The notes: generated from the letters alone by a model not told the origin. A DNA stretch of 64,000 bases from an uncultured delta proteobacterium (GCA_963769935.1 CAVYNY010000022.1:640001-704000); one strand, 5' to 3'. Shown: positions 1 to 10,160, counted from the first letter of the stretch. Program-made: numbers and translations.

Positions 1-1085
1 AAGAAGGCGGCCCCTGCGAACGGAAAAAGATTGACGACCCCGACGGCGGTCCCGGAAATGGAGATGGGAAACAGCTCCTTGGATACGGCTGCAACGATCG
101 GACCGACAGCACCGCCGGTGAGAAAAAAGCAGAAAAACAGAAGATACAGTGCCGACAGCGACAAGGTGTCCACAAACCAGCTCATTGTTCCCGTCACGCC
201 GATCAATATCACGCTGCATCCGATAAGAACCGGTTTGCGTCCAAAGCGGTTGCTGAGCCAGCCCAGTAGCGGGCTGCCGAAGATCATCGCCAGGGCAAAA
301 GTGGATAATACGCCACCCGCGGCGGATTTGCTAAGACCGTAAACCTGCATGAGATAGGGCCCAGCCCACAGTCCGCCGACGGCAAAGGATATCCCGATAA
401 CGCAGAAAGCCCAGACAGCGATCGGCCAGAAACGGCCTGAAAAGACCACCATCTTCATGCCGCTCAGCACACCGATCTTTTTTTGCATCTCATTGCCGTC
501 GGGTCGTATTGAAGGCAGACCTATATCAGACGGTCGATTGCGGACAAAAGCATAAACGAGGCCGGCCATCAGCAAGGTTATGATACCCACCGCGATCAGC
601 GCCATCCGCCAGCCGACGGCGGTGCTGATCCATGCCAGCGGGGCGCTGGAAGACAAGGCCCCGAGGCCTCCCATGGCCATGAAGGCCGACCCCATGATGA
701 CAAATTGGCGCACCGTGAACCATTCCGACAGCAATTTGAAGTTGCAGACAAAGACCGTGGATACGCCGATACCTATCAGGATGCGACCCATGACGGCCGC
801 CGGCAAGTTCGGCGCAACGCCCATCATCACCGATCCGATGCCGGCCAGAATAAAAAAAGCCGACATGGTTTTACGCGGACCCCAGGAGTCGGCCATGAGA
901 CCGGTGGGCAGCTGCATGATGGCATAGGCGTAAAAATAGGCCGAACCCAGCACACCCAGCAGTGTCCCGCTGAGACCGAACGAGGCCTGAATATCAAGAG
1001 CGATAACCGCCGGACACAGCCGATGAAAAAACACCAGCACGTAGCACAAAAATACCAGCAGGCAGATGAAATAGCGATAGGCGAT
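1..1085 (-). CDS. MFS transporter, 3' end runs off the window, start codon uncertain
   Basis: Manual translation, absent from the ORF track: (I)AYRYFICLLVFLCYVLVFFHRLCPAVIA...YAIMQLPTGLMADSWGPRKT (MFS motif A) ...SGTAVGVVNLFPFAGAAF in the same frame at the window edge. GAGGAG lies 8 nt before ATC at 1085. Confidence 0.85.
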   Translation of the reverse strand, partial: MAYRYFICLLVFLCYVLVFFHRLCPAVIALDIQASFGLSGTLLGVLGSAYFYAYAIMQLPTGLMADSWGPRKTMSAFFILAGIGSVMMGVAPNLPAAVMGRILIGIGVSTVFVCNFKLLSEWFTVRQFVIMGSAFMAMGGLGALSSSAPLAWISTAVGWRMALIAVGIITLLMAGLVYAFVRNRPSDIGLPSIRPDGNEMQKKIGVLSGMKMVVFSGRFWPIAVWAFCVIGISFAVGGLWAGPYLMQVYGLSKSAAGGVLSTFALAMIFGSPLLGWLSNRFGRKPVLIGCSVILIGVTGTMSWFVDTLSLSALYLLFFCFFLTGGAVGPIVAAVSKELFPISISGTAVGVVNLFPFAGAAF

Positions 1086-1200
1086 GACCGTATCTCCTCA
1101 GGAAGATGGAAGGAATCAAACACTTAAATTTTCCGGCAGTTGAAGATTTCGCTTGAACTGCGGTGCCGAGCATTAAGCAATAGACATGCAATTCCGTCCA

Positions 1201-1770
1201 TTACGGCGCCCCGAATCTTTGGCGCAATTTAGAAACAAAAATTGTATCAGCCTTGGGCGAAATTATTTCGAGAGGCGAGTGGCCGCGCTTCCAGGCCAAA
1301 TACAGCGTGATCCCCAGGAAACACAGCGTTATCAGAATATTGGGCCAGGCGTTCAATCCCCACTGTCCGTCCCAGGTCAGCTGCCCGTCCGCCGAAAAGG
1401 GAAACAGATAGGGAATCGGCCACTGATAACTGTCCGGGCCCCGGGAACCGACGAGATCTCCCAGAAGGTGTAGATGGAAAGCCGCCAGGGCAAGCATGGC
1501 GGTCACCCATTTGCGAACACTGAATACAATGACGATCGCTGCCAGCAACAGGCCGAATCCCAGGTTGTGGCACAGGACGTGATGATATTTGCTGTACCAG
1601 ATCAGAGGCGATGTTGTATTTTCAGTCAACAACTCGGCAATTAAGCCGGCGCCGTCGATATCCGGTATGACGCCGCAAAGCGTTACCAAAATCCTGTCCC
1701 GGCGAGTCAGATCCGCCGTGTTTGCCACAGCCCAGCTTATCAGCAAATGGCTTGCCGGATTCATCGACAA
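1201..1770 (-). CDS. Membrane-bound metal-dependent hydrolase (YdjM/DUF457-like)
   Basis: SH...PDID...HH.LCHN...HLLGDL pattern with hydrophobic segments; start may be 1764. Confidence 0.75.
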   Translation of the reverse strand: MSMNPASHLLISWAVANTADLTRRDRILVTLCGVIPDIDGAGLIAELLTENTTSPLIWYSKYHHVLCHNLGFGLLLAAIVIVFSVRKWVTAMLALAAFHLHLLGDLVGSRGPDSYQWPIPYLFPFSADGQLTWDGQWGLNAWPNILITLCFLGITLYLAWKRGHSPLEIISPKADTIFVSKLRQRFGAP

Positions 1771-1787
1771 AACCTATAGGCCTTCTC

Positions 1788-1915
1788 AATTGAAAATAGA
1801 GTATCTGCGGTATAAGGGTTACTTCCTGCGCGTATTGCTCATGAATGAACCCAAGGAAATCAATTAACCGGATTGAGATCCTTAATTATTCAATCTGCAA
1901 CATCCAATATTCAAT
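1788..1915. repeat. Degenerate copy of the ATTGAAT-ended palindromic intergenic element
   Basis: Left arm AATTGAAAATAGAGTATCTGCGG; right arm ATTATTCAATCTGCAACATCCAATATTCAATT. Confidence 0.5.
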
Positions 1916-2546
1916 TAGTAAACGGATCGTGGGTTTTTTCAAAGCGCGTGATATCTGATTCGTGCTTGAGGGTCAGATCGATATCATCGTGGCCGTTGAT
2001 CAGCTGCTCCTTATCACCTTCTTCGATGGTGAAACTGAATACTGTCCGGGGGGTTGTGTGAATCTCAACCGTTTGTTCGACCAGATCGACCGTCGCCTGC
2101 AGGCCTGCATTGGCCGCAACTTGCTTGAAAATGATATCCACTTCCTCTTCGGCCAATTCGATAACCAGCAGCCCGTTTTTGGTAGCATTGGTTTTAAATA
2201 TATCGGCAAAGGCGTTTATGTGTTCCTCACCGATTTTTTTCCAGGGAGCGATAATTACCTGATAGCCGTCCTGGGCCAGGGCCCAGACCGCATGTTCCCG
2301 GCTGGAGCCGCAGCCGAAATTATTGCGGGTCACCAGGATGGAGCGGCCCTCAAAACGGGGATGATTCAGTTCAAAATCGCTGTTAGGCACCCCATCGGCG
2401 GTGTAGCGCAAATCGAAAAAAGCGTTGGGTCCATACCCGGTGCGGCTGATCGATTTTAAAAACTGCTTGGGTATGATGATATCGGTGTCCACATTGGACC
2501 GGTCCAAGGTGGCGATGATTCCGGTGTGCTTTTTAAATGGTTTCAC
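1911..2546 (-). CDS. leuD: 3-isopropylmalate dehydratase small subunit
   Basis: NVDTDIIIPKQFLK, NFGCGSSREHAVWAL, FADIF; GTG start at 2546 after GGAG; downstream of leuC. Confidence 0.95.
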   Translation of the reverse strand: MKPFKKHTGIIATLDRSNVDTDIIIPKQFLKSISRTGYGPNAFFDLRYTADGVPNSDFELNHPRFEGRSILVTRNNFGCGSSREHAVWALAQDGYQVIIAPWKKIGEEHINAFADIFKTNATKNGLLVIELAEEEVDIIFKQVAANAGLQATVDLVEQTVEIHTTPRTVFSFTIEEGDKEQLINGHDDIDLTLKHESDITRFEKTHDPFTN

Positions 2547-2586
2547 ATTCTTCTCCTTTTTATTTTTAGAGAGAAAAACTATTTTC

Positions 2587-2667
2587 ATCACGAAAACACG
2601 AAATACAGAAAGCACGAAATTAATTTTATCTTTTTTTCGTGTCTTTGTCCTTTCGTGTTTTCGTGAT
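2587..2667. repeat. Palindrome built from CACGAAA(A) units
   Basis: 17-bp perfect inverted repeat ATCACGAAAACACGAAA (2587-2603) / TTTCGTGTTTTCGTGAT (2651-2667), plus an inner repeat pair. Confidence 0.85.
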
Positions 2668-2717
2668 TAATATTTTCTTTTTGGGCCCGCGGCCTCATGC
2701 CTATCCGGGTTTAGGTT

Positions 2718-4132
2718 TCAAGCATCAATCTGCGGCCATTTGCGAATATCGACAAACTTGCCGGCCACGGCCGCGGCGGCCGCCATTTCCGGACTGACCA
2801 GGTGCGTGCGACCGCCCTTGCCCTGACGCCCTTCGAAATTACGGTTGGAAGTCGAGGCACAGCGCTGGCGGGGTTGCAGCTGGTCCGGGTTCATGCCAAG
2901 GCACATGCTGCAGCCGGCATAGCGCCATTCGGCGCCGGCCGCCTTGAAGATGTGATGCAGGCCTTCGGCTTCGGCCTGCAGGCGAACCTGTTGAGAGCCG
3001 GGCACCACCAGTACTTTAACATGATCGGCCTTTTTGCGGTCTTTGAAGATATTGGCCGCCAGACGCAGATCCTCGATGCGGGAGTTGGTGCAGCTGCCGA
3101 TAAAAACGACATCCAGGGGAACATCCGTCAGGCGGGTGCCGGGTTTTAGCCCCATGTATTCCAGGGCATTTCTCACATCCGCCTGGCTGTATCCGCCCGC
3201 CGAATCCGGGCCGGGAACCGGTTGGTCGATATCGATCACCATGCCGGGGTTGGTGCCCCAGGTGATCTGGGGTTTGATGCTGCCGGCATCGATGACCAGC
3301 GTCCGGTCAAATTCGGCGTCGTCATCACTTGGCAGGGTTCGCCAGTAAGCCAGGCGCGCTCCAGGGCTTTTCCGGTCGGCGCAAAGCGGCGCTGCCGGCC
3401 GGTGATGTATTCAAACGTCGTTTCATCCGGGGCGATCATACCGGCCCGGGCGCCGGCCTCGATGCTCATATTGCAGATGGACATGCGCGCTTCCATGGAT
3501 AGGTTGCGCACCGCCTCGCCGCAGTATTCGAGGACATGTCCGGCACCGCCGGCGGTGCCCATCGTGCCGATCATTTTCAGCACCATATCCTTGGAGAAGA
3601 TATGCGGCCCCGGCCGGCCGGTAAACTCCACTTTGCAAGTTTGCGGTTTGCGCTGCTTCAGGGTCTGGGTGACCAGTACGTGCTCCACTTCAGAGGTCCC
3701 GATGCCGAAGGCCAGGGCGCCGAAGGCACCGTGGGTCGAGGTGTGGGAGTCTCCGCAGACGATGGTCAGGCCCGGCAGGGTGAGCCCCATCTCCGGTCCG
3801 ATAATGTGCACGATGCCCTGGTGATCGTCGCCAAGGTCATACAGGGTGATCCCGAAATCTTTGCAGTTTTTTCGCAAGGCTTCGACCTGGGCTCTGGAAA
3901 TCGGGTCTTTGATGTCCAGCCGATCTTCGGTGGTGGGAACATTGTGGTCCATGGTAGAAAACGTCAGCTCGGGGCGCCGGAGTCGGCGGCCCATATGCCG
4001 CATGCCTTCAAATGCCTGCGGGCTGGTAACTTCGTGGACAAGATGACGGTCGATATACAGCAGCGCCGAACCATCGGGCATTTCGCGAACAACATGTGGT
4101 TCCCAGATTTTTTCGAACAGTGTTTTTCCCAT
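2718..4132 (-). CDS. leuC: 3-isopropylmalate dehydratase large subunit, frameshifted by a 1-nt deletion near 3353
   Basis: [65 protein letters not shown]. Restoring one C joins the two ORFs as [21 protein letters not shown]. Confidence 0.93.
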
Positions 4133-4298
4133 TTTCAATTCTCTTCGCGTTTCCCGCCCGCCGCAGGGTCTCATCACCAGGCCGGCGGGACAGTCTATAG
4201 GTTGCTGATTAGCTGCCGGGCAGGCATTCGGCTGACTTTACCGGCAACGGCCGGACAAATTTGAAGCCCCGACACTCGCAAAAATTCCAGTATTACGT

Positions 4299-4327
4299 AA
4301 TATGACAAAAAGAGATGCCCCCGTCAA
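4299..4327 (-). promoter_or_regulatory. Putative sigma70 promoter of leuCD
   Basis: TTGACG-N17-CATATT on the minus strand. Confidence 0.5.
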
Positions 4328-4390
4328 GTAAACGGTAATGATTACGGCAATAAAAGTGTCCATGATTTTTAACCTACTTTACCGATAAAT

Positions 4391-4418
4391 TTGAAAGCGG
4401 CCAAAAAGAGATTATATT
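4391..4418 (+). promoter_or_regulatory. Putative sigma70 promoter of ilvBN
   Basis: TTGAAA-N16-TATATT. Confidence 0.4.
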
Positions 4419-4492
4419 AGTCTTTATGCATCGACGCAAATTTGTCTACTCCGTAAGCATAGCATCTGCTTAGGGACGATTCGCCAACGGAA

Positions 4493-4522
4493 CTGCCGCC
4501 GGCCGCAAACCCGGCCGGCGGC
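4493..4522 (+). promoter_or_regulatory. GC-rich hairpin in the ilvB leader
   Basis: 12-bp perfect stem TGCCGCCGGCCG-caaacc-CGGCCGGCGGCA; no U-tract follows. Confidence 0.55.
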
Positions 4523-4612
4523 AAGCGTCCACGGTGCCGAATCTGTTTCAGGTTCCGTCTTGACCCGTATGATGTTCACCGGAGGCAGTCCAGAGAAAGG
4601 ATAAGTCAGAAA

Positions 4613-6346
4613 ATGAAAGGAAAGGAATTAGCCCTCAAAGCGTTGTCTGACATGGGTGTTAAATATATTTTCGGGTATACCGGTGGTGCCATCATGCCGA
4701 TATTTGACGAAATGGAAAAACAAAAAATATTCTCGTTTATCATGTCGCGGCATGAACAGGGGGCGGTTTTCATGGCGCAGGGAATATCGCGGGCCTCGAT
4801 CTCTACCGCCAACCCGCGAGTCGGTGTCTGTATGGCGACATCGGGTCCGGGTGCCATGAATCTTGTCACCGGTATTGCCGATGCCATGATGGATTCGGTT
4901 CCGGTGCTGGCTATAACCGGGCAGGTGCCCTCCGGCGTCATAGCAACCGATGCTTTTCAGGAAAGCGATGTGGTCGGCGTGATGATGCCCCTGACCAAGC
5001 AGACGTATATGCCCCTGTCTGTAAACGATGTCGAAGAATCGATCCATGAAGCGATGTATGTGGCCGCCACGGGCCGCGGGGGACCGGTCGTCGTCGACAT
5101 TCCCAAGGATATCCAGAACGCGGACACCGATGACGGGTACCATTTCGATTCGCATAACTTTGAGCCGAATCTGCCGGGATTTATCTACTCACCGGTGCCG
5201 AATCGTGAACTTGTCAAAAAGGCCGTGGGCCTGATCAACCGCAGCGAACAGCCGATAATCCTCTGCGGGCACGGGGTCATCAACAGCAATGCCGGCCGGT
5301 ATCTGGCGGAGTTCGCTGAAAGGGCGCATATTCCCATAGCTTTCACCCTGCATGGTCTGTCGGCCCTGCCGGTCGACCATCGGCTGAGTCTCGGCCTGGT
5401 GGGGATGCACGGGACCGTGGAAGCCAATCGAGCGCTGCTGAATTCCGATCTGATCATCTCCTTCGGGATGCGCTTTGATGACCGGGTGACGGGAAATCTG
5501 GCAGCTTTCGCCATTGGTGCGAAGGTTATCCACGTTGAAATCGACCCGTCCGAAATCGATAAAAACGTCAAAACCTCCCTCGCCATCAACGCCGATGCCG
5601 GTCAGGTCCTCGTCCTGCTGGCAAAAGATCCTGAACTGATCAACAGGCCCAGACGGTCGTGGTTTGAACAGCTGGACAAATTTCGGGCTGAAATTGCCGC
5701 CGAAATCGCCGCTGAGATTGAAGCCGGTGTCGGCAGGGACGGCCAGCTGCTGATGAAGACCATCGTCAAGCATCTGTCGGATGTAACCCGCGGCCGGGAT
5801 CTGATTGTTTCCGACGTCGGGCAGCATCAGATGATTTTGGCTCGGTTTTATAATTTCCAAACCACCAACAGCTGGTTCAATTCCGGCGGCGCCGGTACCA
5901 TGGGGTGTGCCCTGCCTATGGCAGTAGGTGTGAAGCTGGCCCGGCCGGATGAACGGGTATGGTCGATCAGCGGTGACGGAGGCTTCCAGATGAATATTCA
6001 GGAACTGGGAGCAATTATGGAGCACCAAATCGATATCAAGATTCTGCTCTTCAACAACGGCTATTTGGGAATGGTCAGGCAGTGGCAAACCATGTTCTAC
6101 GATGGCCGCTTTGCCGGAACGCCGCTGAAAAACCCTGATTTCGGTGCAATCGCCGGTGCCTACAAGATACCCTACCAATGCGTGTCGCAACCCGCGCAAA
6201 TAGTCGATGCCCTTCAAACGGCTGCGGAGCACAAGGGCGCCTGCATGGTGGAATTTTTGTGTGATCCCAGTGAGATCATATTGCCGATGGTACCGGCCGG
6301 CGGGGGTATAGCGGATATGATCGTATCCCTGAAAAAAACCGCTTGA
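4613..6346 (+). CDS. ilvB: Acetolactate synthase large subunit, biosynthetic
   Basis: FGYTGGAIMP, RHEQGA, TSGPGAMN, DAFQE, RFDDRVTG, TPP motif GDGGFQMN, LGMVRQWQ. Confidence 0.96.
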   Translation: MKGKELALKALSDMGVKYIFGYTGGAIMPIFDEMEKQKIFSFIMSRHEQGAVFMAQGISRASISTANPRVGVCMATSGPGAMNLVTGIADAMMDSVPVLAITGQVPSGVIATDAFQESDVVGVMMPLTKQTYMPLSVNDVEESIHEAMYVAATGRGGPVVVDIPKDIQNADTDDGYHFDSHNFEPNLPGFIYSPVPNRELVKKAVGLINRSEQPIILCGHGVINSNAGRYLAEFAERAHIPIAFTLHGLSALPVDHRLSLGLVGMHGTVEANRALLNSDLIISFGMRFDDRVTGNLAAFAIGAKVIHVEIDPSEIDKNVKTSLAINADAGQVLVLLAKDPELINRPRRSWFEQLDKFRAEIAAEIAAEIEAGVGRDGQLLMKTIVKHLSDVTRGRDLIVSDVGQHQMILARFYNFQTTNSWFNSGGAGTMGCALPMAVGVKLARPDERVWSISGDGGFQMNIQELGAIMEHQIDIKILLFNNGYLGMVRQWQTMFYDGRFAGTPLKNPDFGAIAGAYKIPYQCVSQPAQIVDALQTAAEHKGACMVEFLCDPSEIILPMVPAGGGIADMIVSLKKTA

Positions 6347-6360
6347 CCCTGACCCGCTTA

Positions 6361-6475
6361 GAATTGAAGATTGAAGATTGAATATTTGTGGATGTCGCTT
6401 TGCTCCGTCCTTTCTAAGATGGAAAGAATTCATAAAATATTCAATCGCTGCAAGACAGCGAAAATCTTCCAATAC
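6361..6475. repeat. ATTGAAN-ended palindromic intergenic element (REP/MITE-like)
   Basis: ATTGAAG-ATTGAAG-ATTGAAT tandem; 6377-6404 matches the reverse complement of 63659-63686 at 26/28. Confidence 0.7.
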
Positions 6476-6524
6476 CATCTATTTGCTAAAAAATAGCAAC
6501 CAGGTTATAAAACGGAAGGATTCT

Positions 6525-7013
6525 ATGACATCCAAGACTCAGATGAAACGGCGGGCCATCCTGGCTTTCATGCAGAACCGCCCGGGGGTTCTCAACAAGA
6601 TTTCAATGTTGATTCGCCGCAAAATGTACAATGTCGAAACCATAACGGCCTGCGCCACCCCGAAGCCCGGCATCAGCCGCATGACCCTGACCCTTTATGA
6701 AGACAGTGACGACAAGATGGCGCAGGTCGTCCGGCAGATAGAAAAGGTAACGGAGGTTATATCCGCCCGGGAACTGCACATCGACCGGAGCTTCTGGCGC
6801 GAGGTGGCGATCGTAAAATTTGAAGCCGATAGTGATAAAATGGAACAGCTTACCGGCAAATATCGCATCGAGATACTCGATCGCCGGAACCAGGGGGTTT
6901 TCATTGTCCAGCTGGCCGGGACATCAAAAATGATCGATGATTTTCTGCAGGAGCTCGGGGCCGATCGGATTATCGAGGTGGCGCGCTCCGGATTCACGGC
7001 GCTGGAAAGATAG
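6525..7013 (+). CDS. ilvN: Acetolactate synthase small regulatory subunit (ACT domain)
   Basis: NRPGVLNKISMLIRRKMYNVETI, ISRMT, EVARSG; AAGGA RBS; follows ilvB. Confidence 0.9.
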   Translation: MTSKTQMKRRAILAFMQNRPGVLNKISMLIRRKMYNVETITACATPKPGISRMTLTLYEDSDDKMAQVVRQIEKVTEVISARELHIDRSFWREVAIVKFEADSDKMEQLTGKYRIEILDRRNQGVFIVQLAGTSKMIDDFLQELGADRIIEVARSGFTALER

Positions 7014-7185
7014 CCTGCCAAGCCTGCCTCGGATGTGTCTTAAAATCATCGTGCCGCTGTTTATGCCTAGGCCGGATTCCTGATCCAAACTTGCTAAATT
7101 CTATGGGCGAATCGGCCGATCGGCCTCCAGACACTCGTATCGTTTACAGGGTCGTGTATTGATATGGAAAATTTTGTTGTCTGAT

Positions 7186-7830
7186 TTACCCGGTTTTACC
7201 CGGCAGACGATTTGAAGCCCGCTTAGGAGCGGCAGCAGTCTTTTCTCCTGCAATGAAGTCTGTCAAGGCAGCGTGAATGGCAGCGGCCAGAAGATCTAAT
7301 TGGTTCAAATTATCCCTCAGCCCCCGGCTGACTTCAAGCTGGGCACCTTTTCGGGTGATTCCGCGATTGCAAATGTTATCCGGGTTTAATCCCGGGTACC
7401 TCTGATTTGTCCCTGCCCGCACGATGCCCCCGACTTTCAAGCGGCCGGCAATCGCCGAAATCAACCTATTATCCAGACCGCCCAGGTAAACCCGGCCTTC
7501 CTTGTCGGTACAGGCATGCACCGTCACCACGGATTGCGAGCGTGCGATTAATTTTAGGGCTTGCGGTTCGTCGAAATTGTGGCTGGTTATATGCAGGCGC
7601 CCGTTTTTGTCGGGTTTAATGCCTTCAAAACAGTAGCAGTTAAATTTATCCCGGGCGATTTTTTTGGCAATATATGACGTTCGGGGTTCAATCCGGCCGC
7701 CATGGGGCGCCATGATGGTTAGCGGCGATCCCACATCGCTGACCCATATTTTATAGTCCCGGTTTAATTTTTCATGAGATTTCAGCGCCTCAAAGCAGGT
7801 ATAAATATCTTTGGCCATGCGATATCTCAT
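7186..7830 (-). CDS. Poly-gamma-glutamate hydrolase family protein (YjqB/DUF867-like)
   Basis: APHGGRIEPRTS, LHITSHNFDEP, NICNRG...GAQLEVS; start may be 7818. Confidence 0.8.
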   Translation of the reverse strand: MRYRMAKDIYTCFEALKSHEKLNRDYKIWVSDVGSPLTIMAPHGGRIEPRTSYIAKKIARDKFNCYCFEGIKPDKNGRLHITSHNFDEPQALKLIARSQSVVTVHACTDKEGRVYLGGLDNRLISAIAGRLKVGGIVRAGTNQRYPGLNPDNICNRGITRKGAQLEVSRGLRDNLNQLDLLAAAIHAALTDFIAGEKTAAAPKRASNRLPGKTG

Positions 7831-7939
7831 TCAAAAATAACTTCACATTTTTTACGCTGCTGCATCCCGTCCGGTTGCGTTGCGAAAGCTCGGAATATCC
7901 GGAAGACCGGGCGCGCAGGGGCGCATAAACACAGACGGT

Positions 7940-8488
7940 TTAATTGCTAAAGCATGCGTAGTCATCCGCCTTCATTAAGTACGAAGGATGATCAAGTCCC
8001 GTCGGCGCGTAGTATTCGACGTGCGTGTAGCGAAAGCCCAGTTTTACAAGCAGGCAACGCGAGGCGGCATTTTTGGGATTGTGGCCTGCGAACAAACCGG
8101 CCGCTTCTAAACTTTCGAAGGCGTATTCCATGACGGTCCGCGCAGCTTCGGAGGCAAAGCCGCGCCGCCAGTATTTTGACCGAATGTGGAAGCCGATCTC
8201 GTAAATTCGTTGAGACAACTCGTACGGTCGAAGGCCGCAGCAGCCGACATGACAGCCGTTTGAGAGAAGAAATATAGGCCAGTACTGCACATCGTAGGAC
8301 TCAGCGGTCGCAATTTCGTGTGCGATCCGCTCCCTCACTTGGTTTTCGGAAAGCTGCCCGCGCGAATCGATCAGTTCGGTAACTCGGGGATCTCCCCAGA
8401 GTCCATAGGCCAGGTCGAAATCACTTTGGCGCCAACGCCTGAAGCCCAGACGCCGGCTGCAGAGAAAATATTTTTGTTCAACATCCAT
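7940..8488 (-). CDS. GNAT N-acetyltransferase, RimJ/RimL-like
   Basis: EIGFH...YWRRGFASEAAR, N.ASRCLLVKLGF. Confidence 0.88.
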   Translation of the reverse strand: MDVEQKYFLCSRRLGFRRWRQSDFDLAYGLWGDPRVTELIDSRGQLSENQVRERIAHEIATAESYDVQYWPIFLLSNGCHVGCCGLRPYELSQRIYEIGFHIRSKYWRRGFASEAARTVMEYAFESLEAAGLFAGHNPKNAASRCLLVKLGFRYTHVEYYAPTGLDHPSYLMKADDYACFSN

Positions 8489-8566
8489 GGTATTTTCCGG
8501 ATCATCGACGGCGCAGTTACTCGGCTGAAGACCGCTCAGGCTCAGCCAAATGCAAGGGCTATCTGC

Positions 8567-9307
8567 TCATTCTGCCTTGAGTTTTATATCTTTATTGTCT
8601 GATTGTTTCAATCCTTTTATGTCCTCGCAGGCCTCTCGACTTCCCAATGCGCACGAAGTTCTTAGCGCATCCATCATGCTTTGGATTTCATGAATTGCAT
8701 AAAATGCGATGGCCTTGGCCAGATAAATCTCCGACCAATTCGGATATTTCCTCTCAAGATGCTCTAAATCAATAATAGCAATTCGCCATTGCATCTTTCT
8801 GATATATCTAAAGGCGCGGGACAGCTCCTGGGCCGGATCGATGGTTTTGGAGATATGCTGTTCCATTTTTTCCTGCAATGAAAAATTCTTTTCATCTTTT
8901 TCAAGCTCAAGGTCTTTGATCTCGGCTCTTATAAAGTCGAGGCTGTCAACTTTAGATTTAATTTTTATGTAAAAGGAGCTCCCATTATCGATTAATTTTT
9001 TTTCAATTACCGCAGATTTTAACTGGTTTACGGCCAGACAATATATTTCCTTCTGTTTTTTGCCATAATTCTCCAACAGATCTTTATGGCCGAGGTATTT
9101 GGCCGCTAACTCGACAGCCTTATGTTTTGCGCCGAACAAGCCCAGTGCCTCATATTTTTTTTGAGAGTCACCAGGGCCTATTCGGTATGTATAGTCCGTC
9201 ACTATTTCAAGAGTATCATCGTTTTTGTCATTTTCCGCCAGGCTGAATTTTGGAACGAAAAAAAATACCGCCGAAAGAAAGCACGCTATCATAATCTTGC
9301 GTCGCAT
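8567..9307 (-). CDS. Exported hypothetical protein with C-terminal TPR-like repeat
   Basis: Signal-peptide-like N-terminus (MRRKIMIACFLSAVFFF); TPR-like tail ending SCALGSREAC; start may be 9331. Confidence 0.65.
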   Translation of the reverse strand: MRRKIMIACFLSAVFFFVPKFSLAENDKNDDTLEIVTDYTYRIGPGDSQKKYEALGLFGAKHKAVELAAKYLGHKDLLENYGKKQKEIYCLAVNQLKSAVIEKKLIDNGSSFYIKIKSKVDSLDFIRAEIKDLELEKDEKNFSLQEKMEQHISKTIDPAQELSRAFRYIRKMQWRIAIIDLEHLERKYPNWSEIYLAKAIAFYAIHEIQSMMDALRTSCALGSREACEDIKGLKQSDNKDIKLKAE

Positions 9308-9370
9308 TTTAACCTCATTCAGGCGATTCACATCGACACCGCTGGTTATATTTCAATTTGAATATGTGCC

Positions 9371-9577
9371 TTATGATCTTATAAAATAAGGCAATGCGAC
9401 CAAAATGAGACCTGACAGAATCATGATATATATATTTGAAATAAAATAGGGAAATGCCATTAGCCCGATACCGCTTAAAATCGGAATAATTGCTTTTTGT
9501 TTTTTGCCGTATACAAAAAACCCCAAACCGATTGACCCAAATATAATTCCCCAAATTAAAGTCGATGCAGTATTCAT
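9371..9577 (-). CDS. Small hypothetical membrane protein
   Basis: 68 aa; FGSIGLGFFVYGKKQ and FPYFI; two to three TM segments. Confidence 0.7.
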   Translation of the reverse strand: MNTASTLIWGIIFGSIGLGFFVYGKKQKAIIPILSGIGLMAFPYFISNIYIMILSGLILVALPYFIRS

Positions 9578-9747
9578 TTATAGTCTTTCATATCTTTGAA
9601 TTCGTTTTCTACTAAAAATTCTACCGTTTTGGGGTTGTCAATGCAACAAAAACCTGTCCGAGTTCATTAACTATATGATATGATTGAGGTTTGCAGACTT
9701 ACAGATACGTAAAACCGCATCCTTTTCCCGTCTGGTTCATCCATTGG

Positions 9748-10146
9748 TCAGGCATCCTTGGCCCGCTTGCGCGACAGACCTTCAAGGTGCTCTCGGCGCG
9801 CTTCGCTTCGACGGGCCTGGTCCTTACGCCGACAACTTCTACAGCGTGTAGCGGTGGAGTAGACGTAACCTTTGGCAATCTCATACCACCACTTCTGTTG
9901 CGTCGCCGTCCAGACTTCTTCCTTTCCGCAGTCTTTGCACCGAAACGGCGTGGCTACGTAGTAACCACGATAGACGAACTGCGGGGCCCCGTAGCTATTG
10001 TACGGGCGGAGCGCGCTTTCGTTCACAACCACGACTCTTCTCCCCAGCGGTTCCCGGTGCGCTGCTTGTTCGCGCTCCGCACGTCTTGCAGAGCGCTCAG
10101 CGCGCCGAGCCTTGATTTGTGTTCGGCGTTCCCGTCCGCTCGTCAT
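9748..10146 (-). CDS. Zinc-ribbon protein (zf-trcl-like)
   Basis: FRCKDCGKEEVWTATQQKWWYE...RCRSCRR. Confidence 0.75.
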   Translation of the reverse strand: MTSGRERRTQIKARRAERSARRAEREQAAHREPLGRRVVVVNESALRPYNSYGAPQFVYRGYYVATPFRCKDCGKEEVWTATQQKWWYEIAKGYVYSTATRCRSCRRKDQARRSEARREHLEGLSRKRAKDA

Positions 10147-10160
10147 TTTGTTGACCCTTA

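Noticed and set aside
3340..3360. Programmed frameshift in leuC
   Set aside because: There is no slippery sequence or stimulatory structure, and similar indels in other genes point to sequencing error.
4338..4388. MITAIKVSMIFNLLYR as the ilvB leader peptide
   Set aside because: It is rich in Ile/Leu/Val but lies upstream of the best candidate promoter, has no RBS, and fits AT-rich background.
7860..8560. Integron cassette with attC sites around the GNAT gene
   Set aside because: I could not find paired RYYYAAC/GTTRRRY boxes, and there is no intI in the window.
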